From: Candidatus Melainabacteria bacterium
GTDB lineage: Bacteria > Actinomycetota > Actinomycetes > Mycobacteriales > Pseudonocardiaceae
NCBI GenBank assembly: GCA_963780635.1
Contig: CAWACW010000002.1
Location: forward strand, 24,667 to 88,666
Direction: 5' to 3'
DNA: 64,000 nt
Shown: positions 20,793-29,562 of the stretch, one piece after another
Layout: the number at the start of each line of letters is the position of its first letter
Position numbering within the stretch: position 1 is the first letter of the stretch
Position numbers and translations under genes: made by a program
The notes under the pieces: model-generated
Databases searched by the model: none
What the model was told of the DNA's origin: nothing
Seen by the model: the letters and a program-made list of their open reading frames with translations, nothing else

Positions 20793-22891
20793 GCCGCGCC
20801 TCCCGAGTCGCCGGATCCTTCGGTCATCGCCCCGGCGGCCGCGTCGGCGGCGTGGTTGACGCCCTGTGCGGCGATCTGGGCCCCGGCGACCGCGGCGCCG
20901 GCCGGGCCTGCCGCAGCCGCCGCCCCACCTCCGGCACCCGCGGCCGCGCCGCCCACGGTGGCTCCAGCGCCGCTCGTACCCGCGGTCGCGCTCTTGGCGG
21001 CGCCGCCCGCGGCACCGGCGCCGGCCATCGCGCCCTGCTCCGCGCCCGCAGCAGCTTGCGAAACGCCGCTGCCACCGTTCGCCTCGCCCGATCCAGTGCC
21101 GGGCGAGGACGTGTTCGTCGCGCTCCGCCCGCCGCCGGTCGAGGTGCTGCCGCTGCCCGGGCCATCGCCTCGGTGCGCGGAGGACACCGGCAGGGCGCCC
21201 GTGTCCTGGCCGGAGCGGCCACCGGCTGTCCCGTGCTGGTCCATGAAGCGGCCAAACGCCCCGGGCCCGCCCGAGCCCAGCAGCGACGCCGCGCCGGCCG
21301 CCGCCGCGACACCGCCTCCGCCGCCCCCGGCCGTGAGCCGCTGGCCGCCCCAGTCAAAGAACCGCAACATGGTTGGCATGGACAGGACGGCCAGCGCCAG
21401 CACGGCGAGTCCGACCAGAACGGTGGACAGGCTGCCGCCCTTACCGACGAGCGTGAACCCGATCGCATCCACGATCGCTGCGATCGGCTGATACAGCAGC
21501 AGTGTGAGCGACCAGCCCAAGATCTTGGGCAGCCATGGTTTCGTGCCCTCGTTGAGTTGCCCGGCCGCCGCGGTGGGAATCAACGCCAAGAGGATCACTA
21601 GGGCGCCCATGCGGAAGAAGCCCAGCACCCACTGCACCGCCGAGAGGAGGAACAGCGCGATCGCTAGGAAGAAGATCGCGCCGGTCTGGGCACCGACCAG
21701 ACCGATCATGGTGCCCGAGACGGAGTTGGTGAACCCGTCGATGCTCTGGTTGAGTACCTGGTCGGCCAACGCGATCCCGGCCTGATTGATCAAGACCGCG
21801 ATCGTCCCAGCCAGGGTCGTCCAGCCCACATAGGACAACAGGCCCATGCCCGTGCTCACCAGCGGGTCGAGCTTGCGCCGGTAGATCATCATCAGGCCCT
21901 GCCAGATCAGGCTGCCGGCGAGCAGGGCTAGCCCGACGTAACGCAGCTCGGATTGGATCTGGGCGATGGCCGGGCTTTGCAGGAGGGTGGTGTGATCCGC
22001 GGTGGTCCACCAGCTCATGGAGTCGGCCAGCATGGTGGTGGCGCCCTGCGTGATGGACTTGACCAAGTTCACGAACCAGCTGTCGGCCAGGCCGCTAGCC
22101 ACCTGGGAGGGCGACTTGACCACGGTCTTGGTCGCGCCCTGCCCGGTGTTCGGGTGGTCGTTGATCGCCTGGCCGCGCAGCTCGTCGACGCGCTTGACGT
22201 ACTCGTCGGAGAAGCTATCCCATGCAGCGCACTGGGTCTTCTGGGCGGCCGGGGCGACGGTGCAGGAGATGTAGAACCCGTCGCAGGGTGCGCGTTCGGC
22301 GCCGACGAACTTGTTGTATTCGGCTGAGGGCGGCTGGTTGGGGTCGGCCAGGTCGGTGCAGAAGTACTGCGACTGGTGGGTGGGGTCGATGCCGATGGGA
22401 AAGCCGAAGGGCTTCTGTGAGGGGTCGGCCCCGGCCCACTGGGTCATCTGGTCCACGCAGAACGAGCCGGTGGGCAGCATCGACGGGACCTGCTGGGCCA
22501 GCGTCTGGTATCCGGCGATGATCTCGTCGTAGAGCGGCTTATCCGCGGCCGGCGCGTGCGGGCCGAACGCGCTTGCCTGGAAGAAGGCCAGCAGCGCGGG
22601 TGTGTCGTCGGCGACGTTGTTGACCCAGATGCCCACGTCGCCGCCCTTGTTCCGGCAGGTGGGTGAAGTCATCCACGGGCTGTTGTTCCAGGCCGGTGAG
22701 TTGGGCACGTACTTGGCCAAGTTCGCGGGTAGGCCGGTCAGGCTGGTCACCGGTGCGGCCTGGGCGGTCGGGACCCACAGCAGTCCGAACAGGCCCAACA
22801 GCAGCGCCAGTGCCATGCCGCGGCTGGTCGCGGGTCGCCGCGGCCGCCGGGCGGCCGAAAGGTCGAGGCGGTGCGCGCGCGGGCGGATCAT
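20789..22891 (-). CDS. VirB6/TrbL-like polytopic membrane protein with secreted Cys-containing N-domain and Gly/Ala/Ser-rich C-terminal tail
   Basis: The ATG at 22891 (MIRPRAHRL..ALALLLGLFGLLWVPTAQA, a signal peptide) overlaps the stop of the small upstream ORF. There are at least 6 hydrophobic helices in the centre. The last roughly 200 aa are GGGGGGVAAAAGAA..-type low complexity. The tracked ORF start at 23065 is shadow. Confidence 0.7.
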   Translation of the reverse strand: MIRPRAHRLDLSAARRPRRPATSRGMALALLLGLFGLLWVPTAQAAPVTSLTGLPANLAKYVPNSPAWNNSPWMTSPTCRNKGGDVGIWVNNVADDTPALLAFFQASAFGPHAPAADKPLYDEIIAGYQTLAQQVPSMLPTGSFCVDQMTQWAGADPSQKPFGFPIGIDPTHQSQYFCTDLADPNQPPSAEYNKFVGAERAPCDGFYISCTVAPAAQKTQCAAWDSFSDEYVKRVDELRGQAINDHPNTGQGATKTVVKSPSQVASGLADSWFVNLVKSITQGATTMLADSMSWWTTADHTTLLQSPAIAQIQSELRYVGLALLAGSLIWQGLMMIYRRKLDPLVSTGMGLLSYVGWTTLAGTIAVLINQAGIALADQVLNQSIDGFTNSVSGTMIGLVGAQTGAIFFLAIALFLLSAVQWVLGFFRMGALVILLALIPTAAAGQLNEGTKPWLPKILGWSLTLLLYQPIAAIVDAIGFTLVGKGGSLSTVLVGLAVLALAVLSMPTMLRFFDWGGQRLTAGGGGGGVAAAAGAASLLGSGGPGAFGRFMDQHGTAGGRSGQDTGALPVSSAHRGDGPGSGSTSTGGGRSATNTSSPGTGSGEANGGSGVSQAAAGAEQGAMAGAGAAGGAAKSATAGTSGAGATVGGAAAGAGGGAAAAAGPAGAAVAGAQIAAQGVNHAADAAAGAMTEGSGDSGGAA

Positions 22892-23217
22892 TGGAGGAAG
22901 AACCCCACGATCGACGCCGAGCCCAGCACCATCGCCAGGCCGCCGACGACCCACGGAATGCCCACCGCGCCCTCGATCGCCAGGTTGTTCCGGTTGCGGC
23001 GGCCGATCGTCATCATGATCCCGATCGCGATGAGCATGGCCACGGCGCCGACCAGGCCGCCCCACTTCATCCAGGCCAACAGGGTGTTGGTGGCGGCGGT
23101 CAACTCGCCGGGGGGCGCGCTCGGGTCTGGGTTGGGGATCAGGGGGCCTGGACCTGCGGTCAGCCAGTAGTGAGCCGTTGTCAGGACGATGTGGACACTC
23201 ATCTGCATTTCCCCCAA
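22888..23217 (-). CDS. small two-helix membrane protein (pilin-like/DUF6112-type T4SS component)
   Basis: 109 aa with helices LVGAVAMLIAIGIMMTI and IPWVVGGLAMVLGSASIVGFF. The stop overlaps the downstream start (ATGA at 22888-22891). Confidence 0.55.
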   Translation of the reverse strand: MGEMQMSVHIVLTTAHYWLTAGPGPLIPNPDPSAPPGELTAATNTLLAWMKWGGLVGAVAMLIAIGIMMTIGRRNRNNLAIEGAVGIPWVVGGLAMVLGSASIVGFFLQ

Positions 23218-23239
23218 GAATGCTTGTGCGGCAACGCGG

Positions 23240-23896
23240 TCAGCCTCCCTGGCTGGCGCGGTAGATAGCTGTGGCGCGGCCGCTCCACGGCGGTGGCGAG
23301 GTGCGTGTGGGCGGGCCGGCGCGTGGGGCGATCCGCTGTGTGGGTGTCACTGGCGGGTGCGCCGAGCCCGGCGGCAGCGCCAGGGCCGCACTGGGTGCGG
23401 GCGGGTACATGGCCGCTAGCGCTTCAGGAAGCCGGGCAAAGGCATCGCTGATGTCCTTGGCCCTCTCGGGTAGGCGCAGACCGGGCGCCTCGTTCATCGC
23501 CGGCCATTCCTTGCGGTAGGCGATGTCGAACCGTGCGGTGATGTAGGGCTCGGCCTTGCGTAGGTGGGCGCGTGTCTCACCCGGTTCGACGGCCGCGGTG
23601 TGCATCACCACCAGAAGCGGCTTGACCGGACACAGCCGCAGCGCCAGACCGACCCGCGCCGCTGCGGTCACGGTGTTGGCGGTGATCAGGAAGTCCACCG
23701 CGCGCGTGTTGCGGCTGTGGGCGGGAAGGGCGTGGAGCCGGGCGAGTTCGTCGGCCAGCTGGATCAGGTCGCGCAGGTCCTGGATGGGTTGGGAAGGTAC
23801 GGCCAGCTGCAGGATGCGGATCCAGGTTGACGTGCCGACGCCGCCCGCGACACCGGCCACCAGCAATGGCGCCTGCGGTCGCTGCCCACCCGTCAC
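23240..23896 (-). CDS. hypothetical protein with degenerate ParA/MinD-like P-loop
   Basis: N-terminus ..PLLVAGVAGGVGTSTWI resembles KGGVGKT but lacks the lysine. It is the first gene of the minus-strand T4SS run. Confidence 0.45.
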   Translation of the reverse strand: MTGGQRPQAPLLVAGVAGGVGTSTWIRILQLAVPSQPIQDLRDLIQLADELARLHALPAHSRNTRAVDFLITANTVTAAARVGLALRLCPVKPLLVVMHTAAVEPGETRAHLRKAEPYITARFDIAYRKEWPAMNEAPGLRLPERAKDISDAFARLPEALAAMYPPAPSAALALPPGSAHPPVTPTQRIAPRAGPPTRTSPPPWSGRATAIYRASQGG

Positions 23897-24665
23897 CGTG
23901 CCTCCCCTGACACTGGCTGCGTGACGCCGTCCTTGACGTCGTCACCGCCGGCCCGGGTGGGCCAGACCGACGGTCGTTGTTCCCCATGGTTGGCCGGTCA
24001 GCGACCGGCGATTCGTGCTGGTGGCCGTCCCTATCCGGTGCGGCCGTGGAGGCTCTGGACGGGCCTGGCGTGGAACCGGTCACGGCAAACCGGCGGAGGC
24101 CTCCTTGCCGGGCCCGTCCAGATCGTGCCCCCGTTGTGCGGGCCCGGGATGGTCATGGCCGCGGCGGCGAGGTGTTGTCCTCGCGAGTGCACCCCCTGAT
24201 CCACTCGCGCACCTCCTTCCGGGTGATGACCCTCCGTGATCGAGATGATCAGATCAACGAAAGGGTCGCCGTCGTCCGCGTGGCCTGGTCGAGTCCGGAG
24301 ATCCCGCCGAAGACGACCGAATGACTACTTACCGTTACCGCGCCTCCCCCTTCTGGGGGCGTTTCAGGTCTACATCGTCGCTGACGGTAGCGCCAGCATT
24401 CGGCTTAACTGCTGTTACGTTATCACTCGAATGGACTAGTGGTAGTGGTTGCAATCATTACTTTCGGTTACTAACGTGGCACCGTCCAGCGTGAACGCCG
24501 CACGACCGACACGACCTTGGAGACGCGCAGCCCGATGCGCCCAGTGGCGCGACTGTCCAAGATGGTCCGACCATGGTGCAGTGGCCGCGTGGTCCATACC
24601 GGGAAGCCCCTGCGAGCAAGCGGGAACGGAAGTGCTCCGCCCCCGCGGATCGGCAAGAGTGTGCG

Positions 24666-27023
24666 ATGGTGCCCACCCATCAGAAGCAGGATTCGCAACC
24701 CGCGGCAGGACGGTTGCCTGCCGAGGTGACCACGTTCGTCGGTCGCCGAGCCGAACTGATCGCAACCAAGCGGGAACTGGCCACCACCCGGTTGCTGACG
24801 CTGACCGGCATCGGTGGCGTAGGTAAGACCCGCCTGGCGCTGCATCTGGCCGCCGAGATGCGCCGCAGCTTCGACGCGGTGTACCTGGTGTCGCTCGCTG
24901 CGCTGCGCGAACCGGGCCAGCTAGACCGCACCGTCGCCGAGGCGGTCAGCATCCGCTCCCTCGAACAGCCGTACGACGCGCTGGTCAGCTTCTTGTGGGG
25001 CCGACGCGCATTGCTGGTCCTGGACAACTGCGAGCACCTGGTGGAGTCGGTCGGAGCGCTGGTGGGACGCCTGTTGCCGCAGCTGGACGACCTGCACGTG
25101 GTGGCCACCAGCCGCACGCACCTCAACGTGGCCGGCGAACAACTGTTCCGGGTGCCGCCGTTGAGCGCGCCGCCCGCCGACACCGACGACCACACACCTG
25201 TCTCGCACTACCCGGCGATCCAGCTGATCACCGACCGGGCCCGGTCGGTCGGGGTCACCGTCACGGACGACATGCTGCCCAGCCTGGTCCAGCTCTGCCG
25301 GCGGCTGGATGGCATCCCACTGGCCCTGGAGCTGGCCGCGGTGCGGCTGAAAACCCTCGCCGTTCCCCAGATCCTGGCGCGCCTAGACGACCGGTTCCGA
25401 TTGCTGACCGGCGGGGATCCGCAGGCGCTGCCTGTCCACCACCAGACCCTGCGCGCCGCGGTGGAGTGGAGTTACGAGTTGTGCTCGCCAGCTGAACGCC
25501 GTGCCTGGTCGCGGCTGGCCGCATTCGCCGGCAGTTTCAACCTCGCCGCCGCCGAGGCCGTCTGCACCGGCGAGGGTATCGCCGCCGACGACGTGCTCGA
25601 CGTGGTGGAAGGCCTGGTGCGCCAGTCCATCCTGACCGTGCAGCGCGGCGACACCCAGGCGCGGTATGCGTTGATCGAGACACTGCGCCAGTTCGGCCAC
25701 GAACAGCTGCAGGCTCAGGACGACGCACCCGAGGTGCGCCGCCGCTACGTGCGCTACTACCAGGACATGGTCGCCGACGCGGCCGCCACCTGGTTCTCCC
25801 CCCGCGAGGTCGACCTGCTGGACACGCTGCGCCGCGAGCTGCCCAACATCCGCGCGGCCGCCACGACCCCCACTGGTGACGACCCGGCCGGGCACACCGC
25901 CGTGCTGACCACCGCCTTGGCCCTGGCCCGGGTCCGCTACTGGTGTTTCACCTACGCCACGGGCGAGGGCCGCAGGTGGCTGGAATGGGCCGCCGAGCAC
26001 GCCCCCGGCGCCTCGACCGATGAACTCCGCATGCAGGCGTGGGCCACGTCGGCCTTCCTGGCCGAGTGCCAAGGCGAGCACGACGACGCCGACCGCCTCC
26101 GCCAGCGTTACCTGGCGCTACTCCCCCGCCACCCCGACGGCGTTGGCGCGGCAGCAGTGGATTTCGTCGAGGGCGTGCGCCAACTACTGCGCAGCGCCAG
26201 TACCGATGCGCTGGACACCCTGCTGCGCGCCCGCGAGGAATTGTTGCGTTTCGACGCGGCGGGCGAGGCCCACATGGCCGACCTGTTCGCCGCCACGACC
26301 GCCGTGTTCCTCACCGACCACGCCACAGCGCAGCCGCTGGTGCAGCGCGTGGCGGCCGAGGCGGCCACGCGTGAGGCGCCCTGGGCGATGTCATGGGCCC
26401 GCTGGCTGGAAGGGCTGGCTGAGTTGCGGTTTGGAAACAAGACCCGCGCAGGGCGACTGCTGCGCGGGGCCCTGCATGCGCAGGAGCGCATCGGGGACGG
26501 ATGGGGCCCGCTGTGGACCGTCGAAGCGCTGTGCTGGTGGGCCGCCGAATCCGCCGAACCGGAGTACGCCGCCCTCCTGCGAGGCGCCGCCGACCAGCTT
26601 CGCGAAATCACCGGCAGCCCCACGATGTTCGACGGCCAACGGCCCTTCGCACTCATGCGCGACGCCGCCGAAGCCCAACTGCGCACCAGGATGACTCCCG
26701 CGGCGTTCGTCGGCGCCTACAACCGGGGCGCCCAACTGGATCGGGCGCGGATCGTGCATCTGGCCCTGGGTCAGCGGCCGCCACGATCCGCCGCACGCCG
26801 CCCCATACCGCCCGCCGTCGCGGCCCCGCCGCTGACGGCGCGGGAACTGCAGGTCGCTCGGGCGGTCTCCGAGGGTCTGTCCAACCCGCAGATTGCGGAC
26901 AAGCTGGGCATCAGCGAACGGACCGCGGAAACCCATGTCGGCAACATCCTCAGAAAGCTCGGCGTGCGCAACCGCACGCTGATCGGCACGTGGGTCATGC
27001 ACCTCGAGGGCAGTCGGATCTGA
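24666..27023 (+). CDS. LuxR-family transcriptional regulator with N-terminal STAND (NB-ARC/AAA) ATPase and TPR-like middle region
   Basis: TLTGIGGVGKTRLA (Walker A), LLVLDNCEHL (Walker B) and a C-terminal LTARELQVARAVSEGLSNPQIADKLGISERTAETHVGNILRKLGVRNR HTH. The ATG at 24666 is preferred over the tracked 24573 start. Confidence 0.85.
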   Translation: MVPTHQKQDSQPAAGRLPAEVTTFVGRRAELIATKRELATTRLLTLTGIGGVGKTRLALHLAAEMRRSFDAVYLVSLAALREPGQLDRTVAEAVSIRSLEQPYDALVSFLWGRRALLVLDNCEHLVESVGALVGRLLPQLDDLHVVATSRTHLNVAGEQLFRVPPLSAPPADTDDHTPVSHYPAIQLITDRARSVGVTVTDDMLPSLVQLCRRLDGIPLALELAAVRLKTLAVPQILARLDDRFRLLTGGDPQALPVHHQTLRAAVEWSYELCSPAERRAWSRLAAFAGSFNLAAAEAVCTGEGIAADDVLDVVEGLVRQSILTVQRGDTQARYALIETLRQFGHEQLQAQDDAPEVRRRYVRYYQDMVADAAATWFSPREVDLLDTLRRELPNIRAAATTPTGDDPAGHTAVLTTALALARVRYWCFTYATGEGRRWLEWAAEHAPGASTDELRMQAWATSAFLAECQGEHDDADRLRQRYLALLPRHPDGVGAAAVDFVEGVRQLLRSASTDALDTLLRAREELLRFDAAGEAHMADLFAATTAVFLTDHATAQPLVQRVAAEAATREAPWAMSWARWLEGLAELRFGNKTRAGRLLRGALHAQERIGDGWGPLWTVEALCWWAAESAEPEYAALLRGAADQLREITGSPTMFDGQRPFALMRDAAEAQLRTRMTPAAFVGAYNRGAQLDRARIVHLALGQRPPRSAARRPIPPAVAAPPLTARELQVARAVSEGLSNPQIADKLGISERTAETHVGNILRKLGVRNRTLIGTWVMHLEGSRI

Positions 27024-27937
27024 GCGCCTCGCGCGGCCCGCCCATACGCGGTGTCCGACCGGTACGGCTGCCCGGGCGCTCGCCGGTCGGCGAGGACAAC
27101 ACGAGAGCACTCATCTGGTGCCTGGGGTGACCATCCTGGCGTGCAGCCCTATCACGGGGCACGCATGACGCCACCGCGATGCCGAAGACGAACCGTGTGG
27201 CCCAGACGACGAGGGTCTAGGCGCCAGGGTATGGGGTCTGTGCCAGACTGTCCGACGTCGCCCACGCCTGTCTGCGCACAGACCCCAGTCCCCTTGGCGC
27301 GCCGCCGGTTGCGTTCCGCGCCCCTTTCACCACCACGCCGCACCAAGTGTGCAGAAATGTGACAGTAACGCGACGGTGACCGCGGCCCCCCTATCAAACT
27401 TCCGGGGACGATTTCAGTTTCCGCCGCCCGCCGCCTTCGCGGTATCCGGTGACACCCGTAGTTCACCCGTAAATCCGGGCTACGTAGGTGCGGATCGCAG
27501 CCGCCCCGAGTACTCTCACGCCGCCGCGCGGAAAGAATAGTCAGCCCAGCCGTGGCGTTCCAAGGGAATGATGCTGCTCTGGTTGCTACACGATGAGCCT
27601 GATCACGGCGACGGGCAGGCTGATGGGCCGCGCGGCGGACGCTGGCTCGGAAGGTGCCGGGGCGCCTGGGTTGTCGCCCGGTTCTGCATACGTGCCGTTG
27701 CTCTGGTGACCTGGCCCGGCATCGGTGCCCGAATCATCGGTGGGATCGTTGCCGGGTTCGGAGCTGGAGGGCTGGGTGTCGTCGAACAGTCCGCAGACCG
27801 TCCGTCGCCCGATTCACGTTGCAGAGTGACCACGCCATCGCTGGTATCCCCGGTCGCCAGCGTGGTGCGGGTGACGCGCAAATCGGGAAGTCGAAGGCCA
27901 AGTGCTGCGCGTGTCGGTCTGTGGTGGCGCTCCGGGT

Positions 27938-27970
27938 GGGTGCGGGCGGCTGCCAATACCGCCCGCACCC
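27938..27970 (-). terminator. perfect 12-bp GC-rich hairpin (GGGTGCGGGCGG-N9-CCGCCCGCACCC)
   Basis: Read directly from the sequence. It lies 23 nt downstream of a minus-strand stop at 27993-27995. There is no U-tract, as is common for actinobacterial hairpin terminators. Confidence 0.4.
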
Positions 27971-27992
27971 ATCCCCGGGGCGGGCTGTCGGG

Positions 27993-28784
27993 TCAGCCCA
28001 CGGCAGCCGCCGCGAGGGCGGCGGCGAAGCCTGCGTTGGGGGTGCCGACGCCGGTTTCGGGGTCCCAACCGGGAGCCGAGATCAGCGCCTGCTGGTGGGC
28101 GCCCAGATCGACAAGGAACGAGCCCTGCGCCGAGGCGCCCTGTACCGGCGCGAACGGGGTGGGTGCACACCCCGCCTGCCGGCGGTAACATCGGTGATCG
28201 CCGAGGAACCGACCTGATCAGCTGGCATGGCCTCCGAGGTACCGCCGATGGACTCCTCGACGAATCCGGCAGCGGTGGTCAACCCGATGGCCCTGCCGGT
28301 GAACGGATCAGCGGCGGCGGCGATGTCTGGGTGCTGGTCCCGCCATCAGGGTCCACGGGCCCACCCCGCAGCACTCGACGACGGGACCAGCTCGGCCGCA
28401 GCGCGACCGGCGGGCGCTGGGAAACCCACCACGCACGGCAGCTGCGACCTGTCCGGTGCCCCACGACGACGTCGGCGCGCGCAAGGGCCGCGCGTTTCGT
28501 GCACTCACCCAAGGTGAATCCGGGCGGGTTCGCTCACAGCACAGAGGAGAACACACGAGTCGAGTCGAACCAGGCCAACGCACCGAGGGACTGACTACAT
28601 CAGACATAGTCCGGCAGGGCGGATCAACGAGAGTTTGCAGCGGGGGTGGCACTGGTTCGCGGCCAGTGCTGCTCGCGCGTACGAGCTCACCGATCTGGGA
28701 TGCGAGCCGCACCGAGGGCGCGACGATGCACTCCTGCCGGTGCGAATCAGCGGCCGCGGTGACGTGGTGGATGTCGGCGCTCAC
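27993..28784 (-). pseudogene. disrupted ORF of unknown function (frameshift plus in-frame TGA)
   Basis: SD AAGGGGG plus GTG at 28784. Plausible pieces sit in three frames: ..VVGFPAPAGRAAAELVPSSSAAGWARGP*, ..DIAAAADPFTGRAIGLTTAAGFVEESIGGTSEAMPADQ.. and ..PFAPVQGASAQGSFLVDLGAHQQALISAPGWDPETGVGTPNAGFAAALAAAAVG*. Confidence 0.25.
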
Positions 28785-28994
28785 CTTGTGACCCCCTTGA
28801 GTTGAACCCTCGGCGGCCGACGTCCGTTCGACGTTCGACGCCGATCCGCGGTACTCGGTGACGGTCCTGGCCCTGGTCCGCTACCGACGGGACTTCTGCC
28901 GGCGCGCTCCGGCCCGTAGCCCGGTTCCGCGCCCGGTGTCGATCACACGGTCTGATGTGGACCCTTCGAACCGGTATTTGCACCCTAAGCCTCG

Positions 28995-29108
28995 AACTGA
29001 CGCTCTGTCACCAAACTGATGTTGCCGAGGCCATATTACACACTAATGGCCTAGTATCTAGCAACGGTCAGTAATTAACTGACGTTTCTCAGCGAACCGC
29101 AACTGATG
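28995..29108 (+). repeat. four direct copies of the octamer AACTGAYG in the AT-richest stretch of the window
   Basis: AACTGACG at 28995 and 29077, and AACTGATG at 29014 and 29101. Read directly. Confidence 0.8.
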
Positions 29109-29562
29109 TTGAGCTCGGTTTGGTGCTCGTGGTTCTGTTCTGCACTGACGCGTCCCAAGGTGCCGGACGCCTTGTTCCTTGTCTCAACGCGCGCAGGAGT
29201 GCAGGCAAGGTCGCCGGGGCTCGGGCCAGTGCGCAACGTTTGGTCGATCCCGCCAAGCAGCGTGCGTACATCTCCTTTTATATACTGTGGAACGGGCGTC
29301 GCTACCGGAAGTCGCAGGACTTGATCATGGTGATGTCCGGCGGGCTGACCTGGTCCGCGTCGAGGTTGATCACTCCCTGGGTGATGTCCAGGACCGCCAC
29401 ACGTGAGCACGACCACTGGGTGCTCGACGCGCTGATCGCCGACTATCTGGCTGGATGCAGCCACTGACCGAGCTACCCTGGCAGTCAGCCCTCCTCACCG
29501 AGGCACCTACGGGTGGTCCCCGACCGACGGGTCGGGGGCGTGAGGTGGCTACTCGGTGAGGT

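Larger units (their letters stand above)
1..24300. mobile_element. Segment of an actinobacterial T4SS-type conjugative element (ICE or plasmid backbone); neither end is defined in this window
   Basis: Uninterrupted minus-strand run of conjugation genes: VirB4-like ATPase, VirD4/TraG-like coupling protein, VirB6-like membrane protein, SCO6880-like protein, DUF4913, methylase/helicase giant and SF1 helicase. It ends at an AT-richer gap at 24.24-24.66 kb. No integrase, relaxase or att repeat was seen. Confidence 0.6.

Noticed and set aside
24031-24204. 57-codon minus-strand ORF with a strong GGAAGGAGG SD upstream of the T4SS operon
   Set aside because: The start context and GC3 are good, but the product (..PGPHNGGTIWTGPARRPPPVCRDRFHARPVQ..) is compositionally unconvincing and I cannot tie it to any family. 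This is too weak to list as a feature.
28555-28600. tRNA-like GGTTCGACTC on the minus strand
   Set aside because: The flanking sequence does not form a T-arm (no complementary 5-bp stem) or an acceptor stem. No cloverleaf can be drawn.
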